Below, one piece after another: positions 1 through 9,384 of a DNA stretch of 64,000 bases. The position numbers were made by a program, and so were the translations under genes. Source of the stretch: Thermodesulfobacteriota bacterium (GTDB lineage: Bacteria; Desulfobacterota; Binatia; Bin18); assembly GCA_964291405.2 (NCBI GenBank), contig OZ219926.1:2720001-2784000 (forward strand). Reading direction: 5' to 3'. How positions within the stretch are numbered: position 1 is the stretch's first letter; every line of letters begins with the position of its first letter. The notes below the pieces were generated by a model. It saw only the letters and a program-made list of their open reading frames with translations. It had not been told where the DNA came from and made no database searches.

Positions 1-198
1 AAGATGGAGGGCCTGCATAAAAGCAAAAAGGATATCGCCTGGGGAAGTCAGATTCGCTCCTATGTCCTCCATCCCTACCGGATGGTCAAAGACCATCGCA
101 CCGGCGTGGAGGTCGGGAACACCGACGCGGTTCTGGATGGTGATATCGATCAGTTTATTGAAGCTTATCTGCTCCAACAATCGACGGTAGCCGAGTAA
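1..198 (+). CDS. prfB: Peptide chain release factor 2, C-terminal part (5' partial)
   Basis: [21 protein letters not shown]...[14 protein letters not shown] is the RF2 C-terminal signature. Confidence 0.95.
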   Translation, partial: KMEGLHKSKKDIAWGSQIRSYVLHPYRMVKDHRTGVEVGNTDAVLDGDIDQFIEAYLLQQSTVAE

Positions 199-288
199 CG
201 GTTTCGGCCGTTCTCGACCCGTGAACCGGGTCACGAGAACAGCACAATCTCTTGGCAATCATCCGGGAAGCAGGTACACTCCTGCGAC

Positions 289-342
289 AAAGAGGAAACG
301 TGTCCACCAATCAGGCACAGAGGCTGGATACGTTTCCTCTTT
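289..342 (+). repeat. 54-bp palindromic element, copy 1 (prfB-PAC2 intergenic)
   Basis: AAAGAGGAAACGTGTCCA-N18-TGGATACGTTTCCTCTTT. Confidence 0.9.
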
Positions 343-388
343 CTGTCCTTGCCTGAGACCAAGGGGTAAGCGCCTCTGGGGGGAAACC

Positions 389-1306
389 ATGAACGCATTG
401 ACAATTGAACGAATTCCGGAACTGAACGACCCCGTCCTGATTGTCGCCTTTGCCGGCTGGAACGATGCCGGCAGTGCGGCGACGCATGCCACGCAATTTC
501 TTATCAAACGACTCCAGGCCCAGCGTTTCGCGACGATCGACCCTGAAGAATTTTATAATTTCAGTGAGGTCCGGCCCCACGTGCGCCTGCGAGATGGCCT
601 CTACCGCGAGATTCGCTGGCCGGCCAATGAATTCTTTGCGACTAGCGCAGAGCAGCTCAAGCGCAGCATGGTCCTGGGTCAGGGCATTGAACCGCATCTC
701 CGCTGGAAGGCGTATTCAGCGGCCTGTCTGGATGTTGCCAAGCAGTGTGGGGTGCGCCTCGTGATTACCCTGGGTGCGCTCTTGGCCGATGTGGCCTACT
801 CCAGGCCGGTACGCGTGGTCGGATTTAGCAGCGACCCCGATATTGCGACCCAACTCCAACTCACCCCGTCCCGCTACGAGGGGCCAACCGGCATCGTCGG
901 GGTGTTGAACGATGCCTGCCGACAGGCTGGATTGACGTCCATCAGTTTCTGGGCCAACGTGCCGCACTATATTTCCGCTTCTCCAAACCCAAAGGCCGCC
1001 CTGGCTCTCGTCAGCCGTCTTGAGTCCTTTCTCCACTTCGCCCTGGATACCACCGAGTTGGTGACGGGCGCGGCGGAGTTTGACGCACAGGTTGCAAAGG
1101 CGATTGCCGAGAATCCCAACTTGGCCGCCTATGTCAAACGCCTGGAAGAACAGGAGCAGGAAGAGGGGCTGGAAACGGAGACCGCTGCGCAGGACAAAGC
1201 CGGCAACGGACACGGCAACGGCAACGGGCATGCCAACGGCAAGGATATGGCTGAAGAACTCCAGCGTTTCTTGCAGCAGCGTAAGGATCGTAAAGATGAC
1301 GAGTGA
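389..1306 (+). CDS. PAC2 family (proteasome assembly chaperone-like) protein
   Basis: VLIVAFAGWNDAG, IDPEEFY, EPHLRW, YEGPTGIVGVL, WANVPHY motifs; start moved to ATG 389 because the upstream extension is the repeat. Confidence 0.85.
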   Translation: MNALTIERIPELNDPVLIVAFAGWNDAGSAATHATQFLIKRLQAQRFATIDPEEFYNFSEVRPHVRLRDGLYREIRWPANEFFATSAEQLKRSMVLGQGIEPHLRWKAYSAACLDVAKQCGVRLVITLGALLADVAYSRPVRVVGFSSDPDIATQLQLTPSRYEGPTGIVGVLNDACRQAGLTSISFWANVPHYISASPNPKAALALVSRLESFLHFALDTTELVTGAAEFDAQVAKAIAENPNLAAYVKRLEEQEQEEGLETETAAQDKAGNGHGNGNGHANGKDMAEELQRFLQQRKDRKDDE

Positions 1307-2810
1307 GGCCCGGCCCGACCCGGATAAGTCCGTGTATATGGTGAATCTGGGTTGCCCTAAAAATCTCGTGGATGGCGAGGTCATGCTCGGCCTGCTGGCG
1401 GATGCAGGCTATACGCTGAGCCTCGACCCGGAACAGGCCGGGGTCCTGATGGTCAATACGTGCAGCTTTATCGACGAGGCCAAGGAAGAGTCGATTGAGA
1501 CGATCTTGGACTTGGCGACCTATAAGACGACGAAGACAAAGAGGAAACGCGCCCTCCAATCAGACAAAAAAGCCGGACACGTTTCCTCTTTCGAGAAACA
1601 GCTCATTGTGACCGGCTGTTTAGCCCAGCGCTACGGTCAGGAGCTGCGCGAACTTCTCCCTGAAGTTGACGTTTTTGTGGGAACGGGAGAGTTTCTTCGG
1701 ATCACCGAGATATTGGAACAAAGGCGGCGCGCGCTTGAAAAGAGGGAACGTGTCCTCCAATCATCCAAAAAAGCTGGACACGTTCCCTCTTTTGGTCCTA
1801 CCATGTATCTGGGGGCCTCTCACGTCCTGCCGGATCATACCGTTCCGCGTATCCCGACTACCCATTTTTACTCCGCCTATCTCAAGGTCGCCGAAGGTTG
1901 CAACCACAAATGCGCCTTTTGTATTATTCCGAAAATTCGCGGCTTACAGGAAAGTCGGCCGATTGCTTCTCTCGTGGCCGAAGCTACCGGACTGGTCGCA
2001 CAAGGGGTGAGAGAAATTAATCTCATTGCGCAAGACCTGACCGCTTACGGGCGAGAGCGCCGTGATGGGACGACCCTGCTGGCCCTGCTCAAATCCCTCG
2101 TGCGCGTTAAGGGTCTGGACTGGATTCGGCTGCTGTACTGCTATCCGAATTATCTCGACGAAGCCCTGTTAGGTTTCATTGCCGCAGAAGAAAAAGTATG
2201 CCCGTATATTGATATGCCGCTCCAGCATATCAGCGACCGGATGTTGAGGCGGATGAAGCGGGAGAAAAGCGGGGACGGCATTCGCCGCGTGTTGGACCGG
2301 ATTCGGGCCGCTATTCCCAATGTGATTATACGCTCGTCTTTTATTGTTGGCTTTCCCGGTGAGCGAGAGGACGATTTTCAGCAGCTGTGCGATTTCGTAA
2401 CCGAGGCGGAGCTCGATCACGTAGGGGTGTTTCGCTATTCCCAGGAGGAAGGGACAGCTGCTGGTACAATGGCCGACCAGATCAGCGAAGAGATCAAAGA
2501 AGACCGCTGGCACAAATTGATGGCCTGCCAGGCCGAAGTCGTGCGTAAAAAAAATAGCGCGCTGGTGGGTGAGGAACGATCGATACTCGTCTGTGGTCAG
2601 GACGATCACGGCCGCTGGTGGGGGCGGACGCAGGGCCAGGCTCCGGATATCGATGGCATCGTCTTCCTGGAACAGTGTCCGGCTGACAGCGGCGACATGG
2701 TCCGTGCCCGGATTACCGGGGCGTCCGGTTATGACCTGCAAGCGCGCTGTCTTCCCGAGCAGCCGTTTCAAACATCCACAGCTCTTGACTTGGCAGCCGC
2801 TTCTCCCTAA
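1296..2810 (+). CDS. rimO: Ribosomal protein S12 methylthiotransferase RimO, carrying two 18-aa repeat-derived insertions
   Basis: LGCPKNLVD, VNTCSFI, VTGCLAQRY, radical SAM CNHKCAFC, C-terminal TRAM domain (APDIDG). Confidence 0.95.
   Translation: MTSEARPDPDKSVYMVNLGCPKNLVDGEVMLGLLADAGYTLSLDPEQAGVLMVNTCSFIDEAKEESIETILDLATYKTTKTKRKRALQSDKKAGHVSSFEKQLIVTGCLAQRYGQELRELLPEVDVFVGTGEFLRITEILEQRRRALEKRERVLQSSKKAGHVPSFGPTMYLGASHVLPDHTVPRIPTTHFYSAYLKVAEGCNHKCAFCIIPKIRGLQESRPIASLVAEATGLVAQGVREINLIAQDLTAYGRERRDGTTLLALLKSLVRVKGLDWIRLLYCYPNYLDEALLGFIAAEEKVCPYIDMPLQHISDRMLRRMKREKSGDGIRRVLDRIRAAIPNVIIRSSFIVGFPGEREDDFQQLCDFVTEAELDHVGVFRYSQEEGTAAGTMADQISEEIKEDRWHKLMACQAEVVRKKNSALVGEERSILVCGQDDHGRWWGRTQGQAPDIDGIVFLEQCPADSGDMVRARITGASGYDLQARCLPEQPFQTSTALDLAAASP
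1538..1591 (+). repeat. 54-bp palindromic element, copy 2, in-frame within rimO
   Basis: AAAGAGGAAACGCGCCCTCCAATCAGACAAAAAAGCCGGACACGTTTCCTCTTT; encodes KRKRALQSDKKAGHVSSF. Confidence 0.9.
1739..1792 (+). repeat. 54-bp palindromic element, copy 3, in-frame within rimO
   Basis: AAAGAGGGAACGTGTCCTCCAATCATCCAAAAAAGCTGGACACGTTCCCTCTTT; encodes KRERVLQSSKKAGHVPSF. Confidence 0.9.
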
Positions 2811-2813
2811 GGT
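2785..2813 (+). promoter_or_regulatory. Putative sigma70 promoter for dksA
   Basis: TTGACT-17bp-TAAGGT at the end of rimO. Confidence 0.5.
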
Positions 2814-2843
2814 GTCTCTCCTTTTTATCTCGACCGTGGTGAA

Positions 2844-2898
2844 AAAGAGTCAAGATGTCCTCCACGCATCCAAATAAAGCTGGACACGTTTACCCTTT
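2844..2898 (+). repeat. Palindromic element, copy 4 (degenerate, upstream of dksA)
   Basis: AAAGAGTCAAGATGTCCTCCA...AAAGCTGGACACGTTTACCCTTT. Confidence 0.85.
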
Positions 2899-2910
2899 GG
2901 AGAAGGCGTC

Positions 2911-3330
2911 ATGAGAAAAACGTTCCTCAAAAAAATGCGGACGACGCTCGCCGGCCAAAAACAGCAAATCCTGATGCAGCTTGACGAAGAGATCCGAGAG
3001 GGAAAAGAGAGTGAGCTGGACGCAGGAATGGATACCTACGATCTCGCCAGCGAGGAACGCGAACGGGAAATCCATCTGATCCTGAGTGACCGTGATCGAG
3101 ATAAACTGCAAGCCATAGAAAACGCGCTGGAGCGGATCGAAGAGGGCGAATACGGCATCTGCGAAGACTGCGAAGAAGAGATCGCCCAAGCTCGCCTCGA
3201 GGCGTTACCGTTCACCAGACTGTGTGTTGCGTGCCAAGAGGAACGCGAAAAGGAGGCGCGCTTTCAGCGCCGTATTGATGATGGGGGTGGATTCGGTCGG
3301 TCCAACTTGGTTGATCTGGACGACGGGTAA
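2911..3330 (+). CDS. dksA: DksA/TraR family C4 zinc-finger transcription factor
   Basis: DxxDxAS-like DTYDLAS; YGICEDC...RLEALPFTRLCVACQ. Confidence 0.85.
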   Translation: MRKTFLKKMRTTLAGQKQQILMQLDEEIREGKESELDAGMDTYDLASEEREREIHLILSDRDRDKLQAIENALERIEEGEYGICEDCEEEIAQARLEALPFTRLCVACQEEREKEARFQRRIDDGGGFGRSNLVDLDDG

Positions 3331-3407
3331 AATCAGCTTCGTCTTTTTCCTCGGTCCATTCTGGTTGCCTGCGCAAGGCGTCTCCTCTGTCGTCCCGCAG
3401 TGATGAG

Positions 3408-4787
3408 ATGCGACCCGACGACCGATACATTCTGCTCACTACGCTCTTTCGGACGGCCATTGAGGCGGTCCACCCGCGCCATCTGATCCCACAGACTGTT
3501 ACGATTGAAAAGGAGCAGCTGATCGTTCGGCCACGGGACGAGACCGTTGGCGCGTTGACGCTCGCTCTGACGGGTCGTCTCTTCCTGATTGGGGCAGGGA
3601 AGGGGGCAGGCAGTATGGCCCAGGCACTGATGTCCGTGCTTGGCCAGAGGGGCATTGGCGGATGTGTTATCATTCCGAGCGAGCAAGCGGTGTCCGACCT
3701 GTCTCTGCCTGGAGTACGGGTGGTGCAAGGGGAGCATCCCTTGCCTGGACCGGGCAGTGAGTACGCGGCCCAAGCGCTCATAGAGAGCCTCTCCCAGGTT
3801 CAACCTCACGACCTCGTCATGTTGTGTCTGACCGGTGGGGCCTCCAGCCTGCTCGTGCGTCCCGCAGTTGGGCTGACACTTTCGGACAAGACCATCACCA
3901 ATGCCGTCTTGTTGGAATGCGGAGCGGACATCCTGGCGCTGAACACCGTACGCAAACATATATCCGGGGTAAAAGGCGGCTGGCTCGCGCACCACGCTCA
4001 GCCGGCGACTGTGGTCAGTCTGATTCTGTCGGACGTGATTGGTGATGATATGAGTGTGATCGGCTCGGGTCCGACCGTAGCCGATCCAACGACGTTTATG
4101 GATGCCTGGCGGGTGGTGGAGCAGTACGGTATCGCCCCGCGGCTCCCCCAGTCTGTGTGCGCGCATCTGCGGCAAGGAGTCCGTGGGGCCAGACCGGAGA
4201 CGCCAAAACCCGGAGACCCGCTATTCTCTCGCGTCTATAATATACTGATTGGGTCAAATCACTTGGCCTTGCAGGCGGCCCGCGAGGCTGCCGCGCACCA
4301 AGGGCTGCGCTCTCACCTGATTTCTCAGCCCCTCGCTGGTGATACCCTCGTGGCCGGACGCGCCTTTGCCCAAGCCCTGAGAGCCGTTCGTCAACACTGC
4401 TCTGGCCCAACGTGTATTCTGGCCGGTGGCGAGACAACGGTACAGGTCAGAGGCCCTGGGAAGGGGGGGCGCAACCAGGAATTTGCGCTGGCTGTCGCCC
4501 AAGAGCTTGCCGGGGAAGCCGGGTGGAGCCTGCTGAGTGTGGGAACGGACGGCATAGATGGTCCGACCGATGCTGCCGGAGCCTTTGTGAACGGCCAGAC
4601 GCTGGACCGAGCGCGTCGAAAAAATCTCGACCCCGCTCAATTTCTGCGCAATAATGATACCTATACTTTCTTTTCTGCTCTGGGTGACTTGTTTCGCCCA
4701 GGCTCAACAGGAACAAACGTGATGGATATTAAAATTGCGCTTGTGGATCCTCCCCGCGCTGAAGAGCGCTACGGCAAAAAAGAATAG
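3408..4787 (+). CDS. Glycerate kinase type 2 (MOFRL/DUF4147 family)
   Basis: GAGKG, TGGASSL, RKHISGVKGG, LSDVIGDD, GGETTV, GGRNQE, GTDGIDG, TGTNVMD. Confidence 0.92.
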   Translation: MRPDDRYILLTTLFRTAIEAVHPRHLIPQTVTIEKEQLIVRPRDETVGALTLALTGRLFLIGAGKGAGSMAQALMSVLGQRGIGGCVIIPSEQAVSDLSLPGVRVVQGEHPLPGPGSEYAAQALIESLSQVQPHDLVMLCLTGGASSLLVRPAVGLTLSDKTITNAVLLECGADILALNTVRKHISGVKGGWLAHHAQPATVVSLILSDVIGDDMSVIGSGPTVADPTTFMDAWRVVEQYGIAPRLPQSVCAHLRQGVRGARPETPKPGDPLFSRVYNILIGSNHLALQAAREAAAHQGLRSHLISQPLAGDTLVAGRAFAQALRAVRQHCSGPTCILAGGETTVQVRGPGKGGRNQEFALAVAQELAGEAGWSLLSVGTDGIDGPTDAAGAFVNGQTLDRARRKNLDPAQFLRNNDTYTFFSALGDLFRPGSTGTNVMDIKIALVDPPRAEERYGKKE

Positions 4788-4790
4788 GAC

Positions 4791-5141
4791 ATGCCTCGTC
4801 GCCTGTTGTTACGCGGAGTGGCGGCTTTTAACGCGGGCCGTTTCCTTGACGCGCATGAAATCTGGGAGGCGCTCTGGAATGAGACGGTTGGCGAAGAGAA
4901 ACGTTTCGTCCAGGGGCTTGTGCAGTTGGCCGCCGGTTATCTCAAGCTCTCCAGTGCGCAGTATTCGGGCGCTCTCAAGCTTCTCACGCGGGCTTGCCAG
5001 ACCCTGCGGACTTATCCACCAATATATGCCGGACTCCAGATCAGCCTGCTGTCTGACGCCAGCCTCACCGTTATCCGTAAACTGGAAACGGGGAGGACAG
5101 ATACCGACATTCAGCCTCCGCAAATCCAAACCGAGCCATAA
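4791..5141 (+). CDS. DUF309 family protein
   Basis: FNAGRFLDAHEIWEALW...QGLVQLA. Confidence 0.85.
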   Translation: MPRRLLLRGVAAFNAGRFLDAHEIWEALWNETVGEEKRFVQGLVQLAAGYLKLSSAQYSGALKLLTRACQTLRTYPPIYAGLQISLLSDASLTVIRKLETGRTDTDIQPPQIQTEP

Positions 5142-5162
5142 GAAATCCCCGCTTTTCCTATT

Positions 5163-5209
5163 CTGAATGGACATTCAGTCAGTTTTTCTTGACAAAACCC
5201 AGGTGTCAA
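5163..5209. promoter_or_regulatory. Two palindromic operator-like sites upstream of thrB
   Basis: CTGAATG-GA-CATTCAG (5163-5178) and TTGACA-N9-TGTCAA (5189-5209), the latter containing a perfect -35 hexamer. Confidence 0.5.
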
Positions 5210-5282
5210 TAGTATGACTGTATATCCGGACAGTACGAGGATGGAGTGGAAAAGATTGAGGTCCATGTCCGAAGAAGTCTGC

Positions 5283-6320
5283 ATGGCTGTCTACACTGTC
5301 CTTGACCGCAAAGCCGTTAATCGTCTCGTCAAAGACTATGGATTAGGGCGTTTGTCAACCGCTCAGGGTATCTCTGCCGGATCGGTGAACACTCATTATT
5401 GCCTTGAGGCTGCGAAGGGAAAATTCGTTCTGCGAATTGATGAGGTCAAAGACACGAGCGACGCGCAGCGTGAAATCGACTTTCTGCTCTTCTTGCGTAA
5501 ACGTGGCTTTCCGTGCCCACGGCCGGTGGCCGACAAAAACGGTTCCTATCTCCAGGAATACGAAAAGAAGGCGGTCTCTATCTATCGTCATCTGGCCGGC
5601 AAAGACTTCTCGGCCGCAACGCTCACCAATGACCACATAGAAAAGATTGGACAGACCCTGGCCCGGCTCCATCTCATTGGCCAGGAATATGATACCCCGA
5701 TCAGAAACCGGTTTGCTTTTGACCGTGTACGCAGTATTTATCAAAACCTGCGCGGCCGTATTGCGGTCCATCTGAAGCATATCGGCCACGTCCTGGATGA
5801 TGAAATCGCCCATCAGGAAGAATATCGGGAAGAAAAGCTGCCAAAAGGCATGATCCACGGCGACCTCTTTCCTGATAACGTCCTGTTTCGTGGTGGGAGA
5901 GTCGTTGGTGTGCTCGACTTTGAAGCGGCCTGTTTTGGCAAATTCATTGCCGACCTGGCAACTGCCGTAAACGCCATGTGCTATTACGAGGAGCGCTACC
6001 ATATTGGTCGATTCAACGCCCTCCTTGACGGTTATCAGTCCGAGCGTACGCTTTCGCTAGCCGAGTGGGACGCCTTTCCGAATGAGCTCCGTTTTTCCGC
6101 CTTCCGCTTTACTCTGACTCGTCTGCGTGATTTTTTCTTTCGCCACATGGATGAAAAACGACGGGTGAATAAGGATTATCGGGAATTCTTTCACCGTCTC
6201 AGAATCCTCCGCCGGGAGCGGAGCGGTGGGATGGACCAAATGCTCCTCACGATGGCAACGGGCTATGATTACCGCAAGTATCAAAAGATCCACGCTGAGG
6301 AAAAAGGCGTGAACGCCTAA
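5283..6320 (+). CDS. thrB: Homoserine kinase type II (Pseudomonas-type, APH fold)
   Basis: MAVYT start, GISAGSVNTHY, IHGDLFPDNVLF, LDFE, FTLTRL. Confidence 0.85.
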   Translation: MAVYTVLDRKAVNRLVKDYGLGRLSTAQGISAGSVNTHYCLEAAKGKFVLRIDEVKDTSDAQREIDFLLFLRKRGFPCPRPVADKNGSYLQEYEKKAVSIYRHLAGKDFSAATLTNDHIEKIGQTLARLHLIGQEYDTPIRNRFAFDRVRSIYQNLRGRIAVHLKHIGHVLDDEIAHQEEYREEKLPKGMIHGDLFPDNVLFRGGRVVGVLDFEAACFGKFIADLATAVNAMCYYEERYHIGRFNALLDGYQSERTLSLAEWDAFPNELRFSAFRFTLTRLRDFFFRHMDEKRRVNKDYREFFHRLRILRRERSGGMDQMLLTMATGYDYRKYQKIHAEEKGVNA

Positions 6321-6370
6321 GTCCGGTACCCCCTGCGCCCTGACAACATTGCGGAGACATCCAGACCACT

Positions 6371-7867
6371 GTGTTTTCAAAGATACTCATTGCAAACCGA
6401 GGTGAGATCGCCACTCGTATCGCTCGGACCTGTCGTGAAATGGGTATCGCAACAGTGGCCGTGTACTCAGAGGCTGACCGTTCTTCACCCCATCTGTATG
6501 TGGCGGACGAGGCCGTGTGTGTGGGGCCGGCTCAGGCCAGCGAGAGTTATCTCAACGTGGAGTCCATGCTGGCCGCGGCCCGCCAGACCAGGGTGAACGC
6601 GATCCATCCTGGATATGGATTTTTATCGGAGAATGCGACATTTGCTCGGGCCGTAGCTGATGCCGGCCTGACCTTTATCGGCCCTGCTCCGGATGCCCTG
6701 TCTGCGGTTGGAAACAAGATTGTTGCGCGCCGGACAGTGGCTCAACTCGGTGTTCCGGTGATTCCTGCGCTTGAAGACCCGGCGACCGACCCCAAGACGG
6801 TGCGTGAGCAAGTCGCAGCACTCGGCTACCCCCTCTTGATTAAAGCGGCTGCGGGTGGTGGCGGTAAAGGAATGCGCATTGTGCGCGAGGAAGCCGAGTT
6901 GGTTGAGGCCTTGTCTGCGGCGCAGCGCGAAGCCGAAGCGGCCTTTGCCGAAGGGACGGTCTATGTTGAGCGTTTTCTCGAACGTCCCCACCATGTGGAA
7001 GTCCAGATTCTTGGTGACACTGCCGGGAATATCGTCCATCTTGGCGAACGGGAATGCTCCATTCAGCGCCGCTATCAGAAAATAGTCGAAGAGACTCCCT
7101 CACCCGCCGTATCCGAGTCCCTGCGGCAGGAGATGACCAAGGCCGCGCTTACCGTGGCCAGAGCCGCCGGCTATGACAATGCCGGAACCGTCGAATTCAT
7201 CCTCGACAACGACGGGAAATTCTATTTTCTTGAAGTCAACGCTCGCCTCCAGGTTGAGCATCCGATTACCGAGTGGATTACCGGTCTGGATCTGGTGCAA
7301 GAACAAATCCGGATTGCCGCCGGGGAAGCGCTGGGTTTCCAGCAAGATGACATCCGCCGGAACGGCCACGCCCTTGAGTGCCGTTTATATGCCGAAGATG
7401 CCGCCCACGGGTTCCTGCCGTCGCCCGGACATGTCTTGGCCTGGCATGCGCCCCAGGGACCGGGGGTACGGGTTGATTCCGGAGTCGAGTCGCAGACCGA
7501 AGTCCCGATATACTATGATCCCATGATTGCCAAGATTTCGACTTGGGGAGCGGACCGTGAACAAGCCCGCAGACGCATGGCCGGGGCGCTTCGTCAAACG
7601 GCGGTTCTGGGCCTCACGACCAACCTGCCTTTTTTAATTGAGCTCATGGACCATCCTGCCTTTGCCGCTGGCGATACCCACACCGGCTTTCTGTCCGAGT
7701 ATTTTCCGAACTGGCAACCCGGCGATCAGCCGCATACGCTTGCGGCTGCTCTGGCCGCCAGTCTGCACCGTGGTCCATATCGAAACGGTGATGGATCGAC
7801 CTCTTTACCCTCGCAGGACTCCTCGACTCCATGGCGACAGCTTGGCGGCTGGCGCCTCGGCTCCTGA
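6371..7867 (+). CDS. Biotin carboxylase subunit of an acyl-CoA carboxylase
   Basis: KILIANRGEIA, IHPGYGFLSEN, GGGGKGM, RECSIQRR, RLQVEHP, YYDPMIAK. Confidence 0.95.
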   Translation: MFSKILIANRGEIATRIARTCREMGIATVAVYSEADRSSPHLYVADEAVCVGPAQASESYLNVESMLAAARQTRVNAIHPGYGFLSENATFARAVADAGLTFIGPAPDALSAVGNKIVARRTVAQLGVPVIPALEDPATDPKTVREQVAALGYPLLIKAAAGGGGKGMRIVREEAELVEALSAAQREAEAAFAEGTVYVERFLERPHHVEVQILGDTAGNIVHLGERECSIQRRYQKIVEETPSPAVSESLRQEMTKAALTVARAAGYDNAGTVEFILDNDGKFYFLEVNARLQVEHPITEWITGLDLVQEQIRIAAGEALGFQQDDIRRNGHALECRLYAEDAAHGFLPSPGHVLAWHAPQGPGVRVDSGVESQTEVPIYYDPMIAKISTWGADREQARRRMAGALRQTAVLGLTTNLPFLIELMDHPAFAAGDTHTGFLSEYFPNWQPGDQPHTLAAALAASLHRGPYRNGDGSTSLPSQDSSTPWRQLGGWRLGS

Positions 7868-7885
7868 TACCCGAATTATTCCGAA

Positions 7886-8407
7886 ATGAAGACCTTACTC
7901 TATGTCGCGGGTGAAGAACTGGCGCTGGAATATAACCAACACGGCGAGAGCGACGACCTGTACGAGCTTGTCTGGAACGGCCAGACTCAGCAACCGGCAC
8001 ATGTGGTCACTATTCGGGATGGTACGATCACCTTCCTCGTTGACGGTCATCCTCTTCATGCCCATGTGGTCCGGGATGGTGACCGCAGCCTGATATCCAT
8101 CGAGGGGCGGACCTACGAATTCAATCACACTCCCCCTAAGGACGCCCGAGCCCGCCAGCGGGGGACGAGGGGGAGCTTTGAACCTGAGATCCGCTCCCCC
8201 ATGCCAGGGAAAATTCTCGCCGTCAAAGTCGTCGAAGGCGAGGTTGTCGAAGACGGCCAAACCCTCGTGCTTCTCGAAGCGATGAAAATGGAGAATGCGC
8301 TGACTGCCGAGGGGAATGCCCGTGTAGCTACCATCCATGTGGCCGACGGAGACCTCGTCGAACTTGGTCAGGTTCTGGTCGAGCTTGAGCCAATCGAAGC
8401 AGAGTAG
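7886..8407 (+). CDS. Biotin carboxyl carrier protein with N-terminal BT-like domain
   Basis: SPMPGKI...LEAMKMEN biotinylation motif. Confidence 0.9.
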   Translation: MKTLLYVAGEELALEYNQHGESDDLYELVWNGQTQQPAHVVTIRDGTITFLVDGHPLHAHVVRDGDRSLISIEGRTYEFNHTPPKDARARQRGTRGSFEPEIRSPMPGKILAVKVVEGEVVEDGQTLVLLEAMKMENALTAEGNARVATIHVADGDLVELGQVLVELEPIEAE

Positions 8408-8427
8408 ACAGCCCAGTGGAGGTGCCC

Positions 8428-9342
8428 TCAGCCGAGCTGGGAACCCACCTGAAGCCCAATATGCCCAGCGAGCTCGTCAGCGGCGATTTTGCCCCGCTCA
8501 CCGCGGAGCTTTTTGGCGACGACGGTGCCACCGTTCAGGGCAATGCTGACAGTCCCATCCCCAAGGGCGAGCACTTGTCCCGGTGTTGCTGATCCGCTAG
8601 ACGGCTCCAGGCGACAGTCATACAGGCGGATTTTCTGTCCGCGCCATAGTGTCGATGCGCCGGGCTGTGGGTCGCACCCGCGGATATGGTCAAAGACGGC
8701 TTGCGCTGGCTGAGACCAGTCAATGCCAGAATGTTCATCCCGACACAACGGATCGTAATTGGCCTGGGATTCGTCTTGGACAATGCGCGGCGGACTACCG
8801 GCTTGAATCAGATCGATCGCCTCACCAGCGGCCTCAATACCGAGCGGGAAGAGTTTGTTGAAGTACAGGGTTCCGGTTGTCTCTTCTGGGCCAATTTCGA
8901 CTTCTTTTTGCACCAGTATCGGACCGGTATCAATACCCTCGTCTACCCAGAACCAGGAGATACCGGTCTTTTTCTCACCATTGATCAGGGTCCAGTTAAT
9001 CGCACTCCCACCACGATACTTGGGTAAGAGTGACGGGTGAAAACAGATGCTACCGAGTTTGGGCGCGTTGAACACTGGAGGCGGAACGATTTGGGTCACG
9101 AAGGCCAATACGGCGAGATCCGCGTCGAGCTCTTGAAATTTCCCCAAGACCTCAGGACTCTTCATGGAGCGGTGTTGATAAACGGGAATATCGAGTTCCC
9201 CTGCCCGCTTCTTGACAGGATCAAACTTTCCTTCGACTCTGTCCGGGGGGCAAAACACCGCCAGGATATCCTGGCCCTTATCCCGGAGCTTATCGAGCGT
9301 TTTTTCCGCAAACGCGGCTTGACCAATGAGAATGATACGCAT
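8428..9342 (-). CDS. Formyltransferase/10-formyl-THF hydrolase-like protein (Fmt superfamily)
   Basis: IGQAAF, HPSLLPKYRGGSAINW, DEGIDTG, IRGCDPQPGA. Confidence 0.85.
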   Translation of the reverse strand: MRIILIGQAAFAEKTLDKLRDKGQDILAVFCPPDRVEGKFDPVKKRAGELDIPVYQHRSMKSPEVLGKFQELDADLAVLAFVTQIVPPPVFNAPKLGSICFHPSLLPKYRGGSAINWTLINGEKKTGISWFWVDEGIDTGPILVQKEVEIGPEETTGTLYFNKLFPLGIEAAGEAIDLIQAGSPPRIVQDESQANYDPLCRDEHSGIDWSQPAQAVFDHIRGCDPQPGASTLWRGQKIRLYDCRLEPSSGSATPGQVLALGDGTVSIALNGGTVVAKKLRGERGKIAADELAGHIGLQVGSQLG

Positions 9343-9384
9343 ATGGGTTCTCCTTTCCGTACGTCCGTTCGACAGTCTGTTGGC

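Noticed and set aside
210-240. Hairpin after prfB
   Set aside because: No U-tract and no second clear copy; function unsupported.
221-388. N-terminal extension of the PAC2 ORF containing KRKRVHQ...AGYVSSF
   Set aside because: It is the intergenic palindromic element read through from an upstream GTG; family similarity starts at ATG 389.
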